Source: Okamejei kenojei (lineage: Eukaryota). Taken from it: DNA of 64,000 nt. Made by a program: the position numbers and the translations under genes. Numbering within the stretch: the first letter of the stretch is position 1; every line of letters starts with the position of its first letter. Location: contig CM069139.1 of assembly GCA_035221665.1 (NCBI GenBank), positions 55,862,001 through 55,926,000 on the forward strand. Reading direction: 5' to 3'. A model generated the notes under the pieces. It made no database searches, had not been told where the DNA came from, and saw nothing but the letters and a program-made list of their open reading frames with translations. Below, piece by piece: positions 12,700-26,952 of the stretch.

Positions 12700-14234
12700 C
12701 TTACTGTCACGGTAGGGGGAGGTGGTGGAAGGGGGGTGGTGGGAAGGGTGTTGGGGCTGGGGGAGATGGGGGAAGGGGCGGTGTGTGTGTGGGAAGGGAG
12801 GGGGGTGGTCGCAGCAGACGCAGCTCGCACTCTGCTCACCCCACACCTTCAGCTTTCCGCCTCATGCAGTAGCTCCTGGTCCCACTCCGACTTCACTCAG
12901 ACGCTTCCGGTTCAACTTACAGCTCCCGGCTCGTCGTGCTGGTCGCCACAGAAGCAGCCGCCACGCTGCTCTGCCAGCACGCTGCTCACGGACTCAGCCC
13001 CGCCTCTGGGACTTTATTCTCAGCGGGTGTCGGAAGGAGCGTTACCTTCATGGTAACTGACAGGCGAGAAGACCAATCTGCTGATCTCACGATTTTTTAA
13101 ACCTTCATACATTTTCTAATATTTCACCGATCGGAACAAAACTTGGTGCACTTGGAGTAGAGGTGGCAAAAAATCCTAGAGATAGAGGGTACTGTTTTTG
13201 CGTAAATTTAAAAAAAAAGCAAACCGGAAGAGGGCAAGATGAGTTTTAGTAATAGTATAGACTAGACCAAGTGGGACCTGTTGGATTGGGGGGGGGGGGG
13301 GGGGGGGTTGACCTGTGGTGTCACACACACACTAACCACCCCCCCACACACACACACACACACACACACGCACTAACCACACACCCACACACACACACAC
13401 GCACTAACCACACACCCACACACACACACACGCACTAACCATACCACACACGCACAAACTCACACACCAACCACCACCCTTGATATTATATTAATATTAT
13501 TAATTTGCTCCTTTTATGCCATCCCCCACCCTATCCACTCATAGCCCACAACTCGCAAGCACGGCTAGAGAGGGAGAGGGAGAGAGGGCTGGGGCAGAGG
13601 GAGGGCTGGGGCAGAGGGAGGGCTGGGGCAGAGGGCAGGGACGGGTGGCAAGGGCAGAGGGCGGGTGCAAGAGCAGAGGCAGAGGGCAGGGACAGAGGGC
13701 AGGGACGGGTAGAGGGAGCGGGGGGAGGCAGAGTGGGGGGGGCAGAGAGGGAGCGGGAGTGGACAGAGAGGGTGGAGATAGAGTTTGAGGGGTGGGGGGG
13801 CGTGCGGCATCACAGAGGAGGGCTGGTTCCCGAACACAATAGTCCCTCAGCCTGGCTCCAGGCTCTGCTTCTGCCCAGGTCCAGTCGCCAGGCGCTGACC
13901 TGGGGCGAGTACAGGGCTCGACTTGCTCGTTCTTTCTGTGTCTTTTGAATAACCGGAGGGGGGACTGGTCGGGGGGGGGGGGGGTGACGTCACTCGCAGC
14001 GCGAAGAAGACGGCACGCGGAACAGACCCATTGTGATGTCAGCAGCAAAAGACAGTCGTTTTTAGATTAAATGTTTTGTCAGATTTTTGAACACTTTCAT
14101 TAATAACTCGAGAAATAAAGGATGAAATTTTCAGATAAGGCGATTTTGGACTCCATGGGAAAAATATATATAAATATGAAAAACTTTAACTGTTACCGCG
14201 TCGATTTTTTGCGAAGATGTGATTTCAGTCTCGT
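12700..14234 (-). mobile_element. Two abutting non-autonomous Helitron segments; the second runs into an assembly gap
   Basis: Junction ...TTTTAGTAATAGTATAG|ACTAGACCAAGTGGGACC at 13260; internal sequence homologous to 34620-37309. The left boundary is approximate. Confidence 0.7.
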
Positions 14235-14388
14235 NNNNNNNNNNNNNNNNNNNNNNNNNNNNNNNNNNNNNNNNNNNNNNNNNNNNNNNNNNNNNNNNNN
14301 NNNNNNNNNNNNNNNNNNNNNNNNNNNNNNNNNNNNNNNNNNNNNNNNNNNNNNNNNNNNNNNNNNNNNNNNNNNNNNNNNNNNNNNN
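14235..14388. other. Assembly gap (N run)
   Basis: 154 N bases. Confidence 1.
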
Positions 14389-14889
14389 TCGAAATATAGA
14401 TGGGTACTGTGGTGCAGCAGGAACAGGTTGGTAAAGGACACTGGTCTAACAGATATTGATGATTATACTCTAGCAGCTTTCATGAATGGTTGAGTTGTTG
14501 GAGTTTAGCCAAATATAAGCATTGTCTGTATAGTGTAGCTCGCCTACCCTTTGGTTCTGAAATGTGGTTGCTGTGTTTGCACACCGCACCATTGATTCTG
14601 AAGATTACTATCACATCCAACGATGATGGTGGTGGTGAGGTATGGTATTGCAGCAATAAAGATAGAGGTAAACTTTGGATTAACAATACAACCTTGTTTA
14701 TCACCCTCTTTCATTGATTGATAGTATCATGGCTTGCATTGGAAGGGAAAAGGACTCTCTGAACTGCCTCATCGCCAATGACTCTGGGGAATTTCTGGCC
14801 CCTCTTCCTTCTAAATGGAGAAAGAGCATTAAAGATGATATTGAAAACTTCCAGGCCTTATTTTGAGACCATACATCTCATTCCATAAG

Positions 14890-14977
14890 GTAGACACAAA
14901 ATACTGGAGTAACTCAGTGGGACAGTCAGCATCGCTGGAGAGACGTTTCGGGTCGACACCCTTCTTCAGACTGAACG
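14890..14977 (-). mobile_element. Short Penelope-derived element with a hammerhead core
   Basis: The - strand reads CTGAAGAAGGGTGTCGACCCGAAACGTC; TSD TTCCATAAG at 14881-14889 and 14978-14986. Confidence 0.85.
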
Positions 14978-16714
14978 TTCCATAAGAAGTGGATTGTCTC
15001 AAAAATTATTCACACTCCAGTCTACGGAAGAGTGGCGGTTCCCACAGCTTTCTGATCAAAACCTGTACATGTCATCTTTGACCTTGAGGGACTGTGCAAG
15101 AAGAAAAATAAATTCCCTTACATAGAGGAAACTTGAAGGGCTTTGTCATCATACCCATCAAAGAGTTAGACGATAATGAAGTTTGTAAGTACAAGATTGA
15201 TGTGAAATTTATTTTTAATGACACACTTTTGTTTTTGTTTTGCTTAAATATTGTTTCAGTAATTTAGAATATTATTAATTATCATATGGTTTTTTTGCAG
15301 TAACAGTATTTTCTTGAAAAACCTGGGGGGAATAGTCCCCCTGGTCTCACATCCGGGAACTGTGACGTTTCATGTATTTTGTATTTTTATGACTGTTGGC
15401 AGATTAATTTCCCTCATGGGAGAAATAAAGTTCTATCGTATCATGGCCTTCAAGAAAGATAGACATAAACTATTGCCGTCAACTTTCCCAGTGAATGCAC
15501 AGCAATCCACGGTCAGGAGTGTAATGAGTCAAGTCGTACACAGGTGAAGATACAACACATATTTATTAAAGTCCACTTACAGCATTGGTCTGCAGGACAT
15601 TACAGTAACTAGCAGCTAAGACTGAATTACATAAGCAAGATCTTGGTAATATAAATCGCATATTAGGCGGAGCAACTACTAACAAGCACTACAATTGGTT
15701 AGTAGGAAATAACCAATCTACAAGGAACAGTGATGTATGCATAATGGCTGGCTAGCCAGTCACATTCAATAATTGTCATTGAACAAATTAGGAAGGAGAG
15801 AGCAAAATTGTTAACTAACATTTAAGTATGTAGCAGTGTACCAAATAAAGAGTAAGCAATTAGGTTATCTCCATTTTTTTTAAAGAACCATTATTCTAAA
15901 ATTTGTTCTCTTGTAATGCTTAACTGACAGCTATTCAAACCACTGATATAAAGTTAGATTTGGAGGGACTGACAGGTTACTTAGTAATAATTATGGTTTA
16001 TTATAATATTAAAAAATCACATAGACACTGCAATAAAACAAACATTTTGTGATATTTTGCAGTGAGGATTATTTCGTTTATAGCTCTTTGATTTGACTGG
16101 TGGAGTGCTTTGCTACTGACGGGAATCTCTGAACTTATTAGTTAGAAACTGGATGCAGAAATGTACATGAGTCTTTTTACACTACTGGAAAGATTTTGAG
16201 GAACAATATCATTATTCAGGTTTTTACATCATTACACTGTTCTTAACAAAAATCTACCCATCATGTGAAACCTTACAAATAACAGATATAAATTAGATAA
16301 CTTCAAGACCGAAAGTCAAAAACTTTTTTCATAGCAGACAAATTTTCATCATTTTACCACCATTTTGGACACCAAAAATGTGACATTAAAAACTCTGCCA
16401 CATTTAATCATGAATATTTAATTCATAAATAAACTTCATATGGCCCCTCATACATATACGTTTTGATAATGATCCAGGGAAATATCTTCATCAATACCAG
16501 GAGAAAAATACAGTAACATGTCTGGTATTCCGCCCAGCAAAGATCCCGTAACGGTCGTTGTGCTTGGTGTCCATTGTCACAACAACCGTTATTGGGGTCC
16601 ATACATCCGTAAGTTAAACCACAGATGTTCCAAACCTCTAATGTTTTTCAAAAACCCAACGAGGTGTCCTACGGTAGTAGCGATTTTTGGGCGAGTTAAT
16701 TATTCCATTTAACT

Positions 16715-17200
16715 CCGACCTTGACTATCCCATTTGACTCCCACCCCTCTCCTTATTTAGGTTATACCACCCGTGTAGCAGTGGCAAACCTGCCTGCCAG
16801 AATGCTAGTCCCCCACCTGTTAAGGTGAAATCCGTCCCTTTTGTACAGTTCCCCCTTACTCCAAAGCAGATCCCAGTGGTCTAAGAATCTAAATCCCTGC
16901 CCCCTGCACCAGTTCCTCAGCCACACATTCAGGTCCTGTGTCTCCCTGTGCCTGCTCTCGCCAACACGAGGAACTGGAAGCAAACCGGAGATAACCACCA
17001 TGGAGGTCCTGCTTTTCAGCATTTTTCCGAGCTCTCTAAAGTCACCCTGCAGAATATTCATCCCCTTCTTTCCGACATCGTTTGTGCCGACATGCACTAC
17101 CACTTTTGGCTGTTCACTTCGCCCTTGAGGATTTTCTGCACTCTGTCCGTGACATCCTGGATCCTGGCACCAGGGAGGCAGCACACCATCCTCTGCACAC
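16715..17200 (-). mobile_element. CR1 ORF1 fragment (SGNH esterase-like)
   Basis: CLPGARIQDV, VVHVGTND, VISGLLPVPR and DGFHLN motifs; frameshifted. Confidence 0.85.
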
Positions 17201-17614
17201 CACGCTCTGCCCTCCCTAGGGTCATGGGGTACCACCTGTGCCACCCCGTCTCACTGACCCTGAGCGCCGCTCCCGGGGCTGTCGCGCCGTCACCCCGTCC
17301 ATCTACTCGCCCGGAAGCACAGTGATAAAAGGAGTGGGCGCGGGTGCCCGGTAACCAGGACCTCAGTGGCCTGTCGCCACTTTTGGGGGGGATATATCCC
17401 CCCATTGTTTGAGGTGGGAGATGGCCTGTATTATTATCGCCCAGTTTTTGGAGGTCGAGCAATAATCACCTGCTCCTATCTCTCATGTAGGCTCCACATT
17501 ATCTAAAAAATACTTCAAACAAAAAACATTGAAATCAAACTTCTACACTGCACTAAAACATGATTTTAATACATCAAATATCAAAGTCCCTACTGTGGGA
17601 CCCCCCTCCCCCCC

Positions 17615-17687
<73 letters not shown>

Positions 17688-19059
17688 AGGCCAGTGATCA
17701 GTGATTGCTCAGCCCCCCCACTTTCAAAAATGCTCCACGGCCCCTGTAGGCTGCCAACAGCAGCCTAAAACCCGAACTGGATTACTAGGTGGAATGTGTG
17801 GCATGCATATAATATGTGTAGTGGGGATTATATAGGCATGGATTAATATAGTTAATCTACAACTATGTTGGTCATGAACCCAATAAAGTGCTTGTCAACA
17901 TTTTTGGCGGAATTTGAAATTTGACCCCCTTTGTCACATTAATGTGTGCAGTATTGTAAATAGACACACGTACATTGGCCTTGTTGTGGTGTAATAAATC
18001 TATGTGCCAATAGCTTTGCTATCTTTACACCTGCAAAGTCTGGACCTTTTAGGTATTACATTTGGGATGAAGAACAACTGGTCATTTAACAGAGTGAATG
18101 AAATCTGTTGTAATGTGATGTGTTGACTTCACCATTCCATTTTCCACAGAATAGCTAAAACAATGGATGAAGAAGTCAACATATTATTCTTGTTCATGTT
18201 CATTAGACTTGCATGCAGTTTGTGTATTGAGTCTTGAATGCAACTGGTGTTGCTTAGAATTTGCTAAACTACTACTCTCTAATTAAAAATAACTATTGGC
18301 AATAGGCATGAATATTTGCAAAGTAATTGAGTGACTTTAATTACCTTTCTGAGCTTAATGTATGAAAATGCCCCACCAGCGCAGTTCCCCGAACCAGTTC
18401 GGCTGGTTCCACGAATTCAGTGTTCTTCCAATTATTGGTTCTTTTTCAAGACAATTGCACTGATTTTGTTTCAAAAATCATAACCTTAGCATTTATTTAT
18501 TGCTTCTTCCAAACTGTATTTCAAACTGTATACTATGTCGTGCAGATTTTTGTGAAGAGTTTAAAAAAAAAGAAAGTTTGCAAATAAATACGAGTTCCAT
18601 ATAAGTGTTCTTGCCTGTCAGCATTGCTTTACCAATTTCTTTCAAATAATCTTTGGTTTAAACCAGCATCTGCAGTTCCTTCCTGTACATTCTTTCAAAT
18701 AAATTTGTGTTCTGTATGAGTGAATTCAGTCTTTATTTTTGATTACAACAACAAAAAAATTCTGACATCAAATAGCAACTAACTCTAAAAAAACATTCTT
18801 TACAGAGAGTACTGTTCTGAATACATTTTGTGCATGGTTTTTGAAATTGCACAGCTGACTCTTATTTTTATGCAAGGGTGACATCATACTCCATTGCATG
18901 CAATACAAAAATTATTGTTAATATGCCTTATCTGCTTGCACAATCCCATTCTTTCCTGACAATCAAAATTAAAGGTTCCCAGAATCAATTTGTCATAACC
19001 AAATGTTTGACGAAAGTTGATGATTGGCCTGATCTACTAAATTAATTGGTCATGCAACA

Positions 19060-19740
19060 TAGAAAGAACCCCTTCGGCCCAACCTGTTCATACTGACCGA
19101 GGTGTCCATCTAAGGTGTGGCATTTGCCTGCATTTGACCCTTATTCCTTGAAACATTTCCTATTCGTGTACGTCCAAATGTCTTTTAAATATGATCATTG
19201 TACCAGCTTCAATCAATTTCTCTGGCAGATCGTTTGGGATACATATTACCTACTATATAGAAAAAGTTGCCCATTGGTTTCCCACTAAATCTCAGCTTAA
19301 ATCTACACCCTCTAGTTTTTGAATCCCCAACCCCGGAAAACAAAAATTGTGTGCATCCACTGATACTCTGACCCTCCTTATTTTATATTCTTATATAAGA
19401 TCATTAGTCTCCTGTGCTCCAAGGAATAGAGTCCTAGTCTTCCTATAACTACTCCCCCCCGAGTCCTGGGATCATCCTCTTGAATCTTTTCTGCACTCTT
19501 TCTAGCTCTATGTCATCTTTTTGTAGCTGGGAATACGCCTAGTGCATCTTGTACAAGTGCAACATAAGTTCCCAATGTACAATCAATGCCATTACCGGTG
19601 AAGACCAGAATGCCGAAAGTTGCCTTCATCACCCTGTCCACCTGTGACACCACTTTCATGGAACTATGTACTCACGATTCCTCATACATTCTCATCCAAA
19701 TCCTTAATACAGATGACAAACAACAATTGGCCCAGTACCA
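19060..19740 (-). mobile_element. Old, degenerate CR1-like LINE 3' fragment
   Basis: CCCTTCGGCCCAAC tail plus AAAAAGTTGCCCA and TATATAAGATCA segments resembling the CR1 3' end. Confidence 0.6.
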
Positions 19741-20164
19741 AGCCACGGGATAATTATTTTAAAGCTAATAAAACTAAGGTTACTGGTCCCAAAAGGCTTG
19801 CCCACCAACGCTCCAGTCATTCTTCCCAATTTCCTTAGAGTAGGTCAGGTTTTGCCCTCTCCCTCGTGGGCCCCTCTCTACATATGGCTTAAGGAGATTT
19901 TTCTGAACATATCTGACAAATTCCTTGTCTAAGCCCTTGGCACCATGGCAGTCCCTGCCTTTCTTGGGAAAGTTATGACAACCCTATTTGTCTTGCAACT
20001 GCCTTCAATCACGTACGCTCGCAAGTTATAGGAGCAGAATTAGGCCATTTGGCCCATCAAGTCTTCTCCGCCATTCAATCATGGCTGATCTATCCCTGTC
20101 AACCCCGTTCTGCTGCCTTCTCCCCATAACCCCTGACACCCTTACCAATCAAGAATCTGTCAAT

Positions 20165-22254
20165 GTAGGGAGATTTTCTCTACAAAGCGGAGGCCGCGCG
20201 CCAACTCTCGGACACCTCCTCCTACTTACTCCTGGACCATGACCCCACTGACGAACACCAGGCCACCATCTCGAGCACCATAACCGACTTCATCAGCTCC
20301 GGCTCCCTACCCCCACAAGCCTCCGACCTCATCGTTTCCCAGCCCCGCACGGCCCGATTTTACCTTCTCCCCAAAATCCACAAACCCGACTGCCCTGGCA
20401 GACCCATTGTCTCTGCCTGTTCGTGCCCCACCGAACACATTTCCACATACCTTGACGCCATCCTATCCCCCTTTGTTAAATCCCTCCCCACCTATGTTCA
20501 AGACACCTCAGACACTCTCCGTCGGCTCCGTGCATTCCATTCTCCAGGCCCCCATCCTCTCATCTTTACCATGGACGTCCAGTCACTCTACACCTCCATC
20601 CCCCACCAGGACGGTCTCAAAGCCCTCCAGTTCTTCCTCGACCAGAGGAGCAAACCATACCCGTCCACTGACACCCTCCTCTGCCTAGCAGAGTTGGTCC
20701 TCACCCTCAATAACTTCACTTTTGATTCTTCCCATTTCCTCCAAACACAAGGCGTAGCTATGGGCACACGCATGGGCCCCAGCTACGCTTGCCTCTTTGT
20801 TGGGTACGTCGAACAATCCTTATTCTCGGCGTACCAGGGCCCCATCCCCAACCTCTACCTCCGTTACATCGACGACTGCTTTGGTATCACCTCCTGCACC
20901 CACACACAACTGACTGACTTCATTCATTTCACCACCAACCTCCATCCGGCACTCAAATACACTTGGACCATTTCCGACATTTCCCTACCATTCCTTGACC
21001 TCACCATCTCTATTGCAGGTGATACGCTCCTGACCGACATCCACTACAAACCAACTGACTCCCACAGCTACCTGGACTACTCTTCCTCCCACTCTGCTTC
21101 CTGTATGGACTCCATCCCCCCTATTCCCAATTCCTCCGTCTACGCCGCGTCTGCTCCCAGGATGAGGTGTTCCACACCAGGTCATCACAAATGGCCTCAT
21201 TCTTCAGAGAACGGGGATTCCCCTCCCCCACTATTGATGAGGCTCGCACCAGGGTCTCCTCCATACCCCGCAACACTGCCCTCGCTCCCCATTCCCCCAC
21301 TCGCAAACAGGGCAGAGTCCCCTGGTCCTCACATTTCACCCCACCAGCCGGCAAATACAACACATAGTCCTCCGCCAGTTTCGCCACCTCCAACGTGACC
21401 CCTCCACCCGCCACATCTTCCCATTTCCCCCCCTGTCTGCCTTCCGCAAAGACCGCTCCCTCCGCAACTCCCTTGTCAATTGTTCCCTCCCCTCCCGCTC
21501 TACCCTTCCCCGGGCACTTTCCCTTGCAACCGCAAGAAATGCAACACTTGTCCCTTCACCTCCCCCCTCCACTCCTTTCAGGGATCCAAGCAGTCCTTTC
21601 AGGTCCGACAGAGGTCACCTGCACCTCCTCCAACCTCATCTACTGCATCCGCTGCTCCAGATGCCAGATGATCTATATCGGTGAGACCAAGCGGAGGCTT
21701 GGCGATCGTTTCGCCGAACACCTCCGCTCGGTCCGCAAAAACCAACCCGACCTCCCGATGGCTCAGCACTTCAACTCCCCCTCCCATTCCGCATCCGACC
21801 TCGGTCCTGGGCCTCCTCCACGGCCAGAGTGAGCAACACCGCAAGCTGGAGGAACAGCACCTCATATTCCGCTTGGGGAGTCTGCATCCTTTGGGCTTGA
21901 ACATTGAATTTTTCTCAATTCTGTTAACCCTTGCTGTCTCCTCCCTTCCTACCTCTCCCTCAGCCCTCGGGCCCTGGCATTCCCTCTATCTCTATCTCCC
22001 TCCCCCACCCTAGTCGCACCAGCTTCTCATTTTCACACCACAAACAGCTTACAATGGCTTGTTCCCTTTATCATCGATACTTTTTTGCATATCTTTCATT
22101 CATTGTTCCTTATCTCTCCACATCACCGTCTATATCTCTCGTTTCCCCGATCCCTGACCGGTCTGAAGAAGGGTCTCGACCCGAAACGTCGCCTATCTCC
22201 TTCGCTCCTTAAATGCTGCTGCACCCGCTGAGTTTCTCCAGCTTTTTGTGTACC
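20165..22254 (+). mobile_element. 5'-truncated Penelope-like retroelement (RT and GIY-YIG endonuclease), frameshifted
   Basis: LPKIHK, MDVQSLYTSIP, QGVAMG, YLRYIDD, NLIYCIRC...YIGETKRRL...EH; 15-bp TSD CAAGAATCTGTCAAT at 20150-20164 and 22255-22269; inserted in a CR1 3' fragment (about 20025-22330). Confidence 0.94.
22160..22193 (+). ncRNA. Minimal type I hammerhead ribozyme motif in the Penelope terminal repeat
   Basis: CUGAAGA core, stem II GGGUC-UC-GACCC, then GAAAC-GUC with palindromic ACGU; minimal hammerheads are an established feature of Penelope-like elements. Confidence 0.8.
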
Positions 22255-23962
22255 CAAGAATCTGTCAATCTCCGCCTTAAAAATATCCATTGACAACCTC
22301 CACAGCTGTCTGTGGCAATGAATCCCAGCATATTTGTTCTTCTTATTCCCATTTACTATTGGGGGGGGAGGGGTAACTGTACACTCCCTACGAGGTGGTC
22401 ATTCTTTTTTTTCTCAGCCTCGCCCATATTGTCCCACTGGATGAACCTTCAGCAATGTTATCTTGGACTACTGCCGTGATGTTTTCCTTAATCAGTAAAG
22501 CAACTCCCTGCTTTTACTTCCAGCTCTATCAACATGGTAGCATCTGTGCCTTGGTACATTAAGCTACCAATCCTGTCCCTTAGTCAGGTTGCAGTTGCAG
22601 CTATAACATCCCTGTCCCATGTTCCTATCCACGACCAAAGTTCATCTGCCTTACCCATCAGCCCTCTACCATTGAAATAAATGTAACTTAATCCAACTGT
22701 CCTACCTCGCTCCCTGCTGCGCTACTGTCTATCTTGTCTGCCTATTTGATCTGATGGTTTTCCTATTGGCTTGCTTTAAGTTGAATCCTGTAACTTTTAT
22801 TGGATGCGGCCGAGGAGAGTTTTCATCCAATTCTACAAGTTCAAATCCATAATTTTACATTTAACAGGATTTTTTGTGTAATGATTCTTTGCACTTTATT
22901 ATCCTCACTGCATCTGAATTCTGTGTGGGGACAAAAATTAGGAGCAGGAGGAGATTACTCAGCCCCGAAGCCAATTCTGCCATTTAACAGGATTATGGCT
23001 GATCTAATTGTAACTGCAACTCTGCATTTCCATCAGCCCAAAATAATATTTCACCCTCTGAGCAAGAATCAGACTCTTGGCTCCACCTCCTTTTGAGAAG
23101 GACTGTTCTAAGAGAAAAATATTTGCCTCATTGCCCAAACCCCTTTTAAATGTTGACCCTGAGTGCTCTCTCAAGAGCAGTGACCTACCCACATCCTCCC
23201 TATCAAGATCCTTCAGAATGTTGTATATTTCAATCAAGTCGGCTTAACTCCAGCGAATACGTCTGGTGTCTCTAATGTTCCTTCTAAGACAACCCATGTG
23301 TTCCAGACTAAATACAGTAAGCCACCTCTGACTGGTTGCAATACAATGACTGCCTCTGTGCTCTGTATTTCAGATGCTGTATATGACTGAAGCACAGCTC
23401 CTCTACTTCTGTATTAAGTTGCCCTGGCGATAAATGATATTCTGCCGGCATTCCTAATTACTCACTGGAGCTTTATTGTACTCATGGGCATTCATCTCCA
23501 TTTCAGAGCTCTGCAAACTCTCATTATTTATATCATATGCTCAGTTGTTCAAATGAGTTTAAGAATAAAACACACAACCACATAAAAGTTAGCATGAAAG
23601 CAACAAGACACACAACCATATAAAAGTTAACATAAACATCCACCACAGCGGATTCCACATTCCTCACTGTGATGGAAGGCAATTAAAAATCCTCCAACAT
23701 AAAGAGTTATAGAACTCACCTAACTCTTTATGTTGGAGGATTTGGTACTTGTGACAATAAATTGACCATGAAACGTTGAAATTAAAAAAAACTTGGGACA
23801 GCTTCAGGTATTGGAGGGATTAGGTACAGCGTAATTGCTTGTCGGTGCGGACTCGAGCTAAGGGGCCTGTTTCCACGCTGTAGCTCTAACGTCTGAAGTA
23901 AAGTTTAAATCTTGGGGTTTCTACGTCTGCATTCCTTCCCTGTCTTCAATACAATTGTTGTC

Positions 23963-24671
23963 ATATAGAAACATAGAAACATTGAAAATAGGTGCAGGAG
24001 TAGGCCATTCGGCCCTTCGAGCCTGCACCGCCATTCAATATGATCATGGCTGATCATCCAACTCAGTATCCTGTACCTGCCTTCTCGCCATACCCCCTGG
24101 TCCCTTTAGCCACAAGGGCCACATCTAACTCCCTCTTAAATATAGCCAATGAACTGTGGCAGATAATTCCAGAGACTCACCACTCTCTGCATGAAAAATG
24201 TTCTCCTCATGTCCCAAAGGAACTTCCCCTTATCCTTAGACTGTGACCCCTTGTTCTGGACCTCCCCAACATTGGGAACAATCTTCCTGCATCTAGCCTA
24301 TTCAACCCCTTAAGAATTTTGTAAGTTTCTATAAGATCCCCCCTCAGTCTTCTAAATTCTAGCGAGTACAAGCCAAGTCTATCCAGTCTTTCCTCATATG
24401 AAAGTCCTGACATCCCAGGAATCAGTCTGGTGAACCTTCTCTGTACCCCCTCTATGGCAAGAATGTATTTTCTCAGATTTGGAGACCAAAACTGTACGCA
24501 ATACTCCAGGTGTGGTCTCACCAAAACCCTGTACAACTGCAGTAGAACCTCCCTGCTCCTATACTCAAATCCTTTTGCTATGAATGCTAACATACCATTT
24601 GCTTTCAATGATTGGTGTACCATGACACCCAGGTCTCGTTGCATCTCCCCTTTTCCTAATTTGCCACCATT
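23963..24671 (-). mobile_element. CR1 LINE 3' fragment
   Basis: ORF 24207-24677 is nearly identical to ORF 2-583; TAGAAACA microsatellite tail at about 23966. Confidence 0.92.
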
Positions 24672-24784
24672 AAGCATGCTTCAAGCTGAATGTTGCTCCA
24701 GCTATCCATGGCATCAATGTCACTGAACTCATCCTTTCCATGATCTTTTTTTGTAATATTGGAAACCCTGCATAGTTTCCTGGT

Positions 24785-25690
24785 GACACAGGAACTGCAA
24801 ATGCTGGAATCTTGAGTAAAACACAGTGTTGGAGTAACTCAGTGGGACAGACAGCGTTTGTGAATGGAAAGGAATATTTTGAGTCTGGACCATTCTTCAG
24901 ACTGATAGTAGTAGGGGAATGAAAGCTGGAAAAGAGGAGATGTTTTTCCACTCCTACTGTATGTCCTCTTTCTTTAGTAAACGTGGTTTCCCCTCTGCTA
25001 TAGTGATGGAACCTTTGCCTGTGTCAACTGTGTCCCACAATTAGACTCTTGTTCCCCCTCTCTCCAGAGGGAATGGGTAGTTTTCCAGATCCTTGCCTTT
25101 CATATCGCTAGCCTGCATCCAACACATCATTCTCCAACACTTCTGCCACCTTCAATGTGATGCCACCACCAGTCACATCTTGCCATTCCCATCCCCACCC
25201 CTTTCCACTTTACACAGAGACCACTCACTCCACAACTCTTTGGATCACTCATCACTCCGCACCCAAACCACACACTCCCCAGGTACTTTCCCCCGCAACT
25301 GCAGGAGATATAACACCTGTCCAGACATCACCTCTCTCATATCCATCCAGAGATCCTACATGCCCTTCCAGATGAGACAGAGGTTAACATGCACCTCTTC
25401 TAATCTCATCTACTGCATGTGGCCTCCTTTACATCGGCGACTACTTTTGTTTTGTGCAGAACACTAGTGCCCGGTCCAACATGGCATGGATCTCCTGCTT
25501 ACTAACCATTTTAACTCTCCTTCCCAATCCCATACTGAGGTTTATATCCTGGGCCTCATTGCCAGAGTGAGGTGATATGCAAACTGGAGAAACAGAATCT
25601 TGTATTCTGTGTGGGTAGCTTACATCCCAATGGACATTGAATTCTCCAATGTTAAGTAACACTCCTACTCTTCCTCCTTTTACATCTTTC
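24785..25690 (+). mobile_element. Old Penelope fragment (GIY-YIG region) preceded by an inverted terminal-repeat piece
   Basis: QHIILQHFCHLQ, GTFPRNCRRYNTCP and TCTSSNLIYC are homologous to 21350-21900. Confidence 0.8.
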
Positions 25691-26061
25691 AAATTTGATA
25701 TAATTGTTAGTAAATTGGAAATTTTAATAAAAGCACCAGTTTTACATCATCTCCCAGTTCTGTAACAATTGAGGAAATAAATTCTTATGATCCACAATGG
25801 TATTAACAAGATTTTTGGAATATAATTTAACACTTTAACACTGCAATCTTGCTCCACAATATCATTATTGCTCTAGCTTTGTGTTTAGATGCTCCTAACG
25901 TGAGCATTTAAATTTGTTGCATTTTATTCTGTTTGAATGCCGGTCATCTATTGGGCACTCAGCACAGAGAAATTGCACATGGCTCTGGGCATATTTTGTT
26001 TCAAATCTTTTCAATGGACAAGACAGCAATAAATTGAAACAAACATGCATGCGCAGGGTAA

Positions 26062-26715
26062 AGGGCCTGTCCCACTTGGCCGTCATTTGCGCCTCATGTA
26101 CGCGTCATATGTAAAATAGGTCGACGCGTCGTGACGCGCGACAACGCGTGCAAATCACGCGTCATCATGCGTCAGCACAGCCACCTGGTGCGCGTGACGT
26201 CATTAGAATACCCTGCTTCACTATTCTGCATCATGACCATCATGGAAGAACTACAGATTTTATTGCTACAGCAACAACAGAGACGTCTGTTAGCAGCAGC
26301 CTCATACTTACAGATCAGCCAGGCAGGAATACAACAAGAAAGGCAAGAAACCCAGGAAAAGGTCTGTGTGGACGAGGTTAGAGGTTACATGACGCTTAAA
26401 AGGTGCGCCGACTGCGTATGGGCGGCGCGTGGCAGCACATGTTTACGGACGTTGCCGTAACCATGCTTCACCACGCGATACAGCATGCAACGTCAATGCA
26501 TCAGCGTGTGTAGCCAATGCGTCAGCGATACGTCACGCAGGTGGCGCGCGAGGATTTCATTACACTACGAAATCCTGGAGCGCCGAGCGATACCACTCGC
26601 TGCTGCACGCGATTCCACGCCTCACCACGCGCAATGCGTGTGTCACGACGCGTCGACCTATTTTACATATGACGCGTAAATGAGGTGCAAATTACGGCCA
26701 AGTGGGACAGGCCCT
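26062..26715. mobile_element. PIF/Harbinger-type non-autonomous element (MITE)
   Basis: Long terminal inverted repeats (TIRs) AGGGCCTGTCCCACTTGGCCG...CGGCCAAGTGGGACAGGCCCT; 3-bp TAA on both sides. Confidence 0.88.
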
Positions 26716-26952
26716 TAACTGTAAACAACCTTGATTTGATAAGATCATTCAGATCCTGTTCAAGACAGCTGCCACCAATTCAACAACAAATCAAACACTT
26801 AATTCATGTTTCTTTTGTCTTTAGTTGTTTACTGAGTAAATTAAGAATCCAGGTCACCTTTGACTTTCCCCATGTGCTAAATTCCATTGTCGAGTTATAG
26901 TAATATGTGGGATAAGGTTTTGTGTGTGGAACAAGACAACTACTTACCAGGG

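Noticed and set aside
17601-17686. Poly-proline ORF
   Set aside because: A poly-C tract inside a MITE-like remnant; the homopolymer length may be an assembly artefact.
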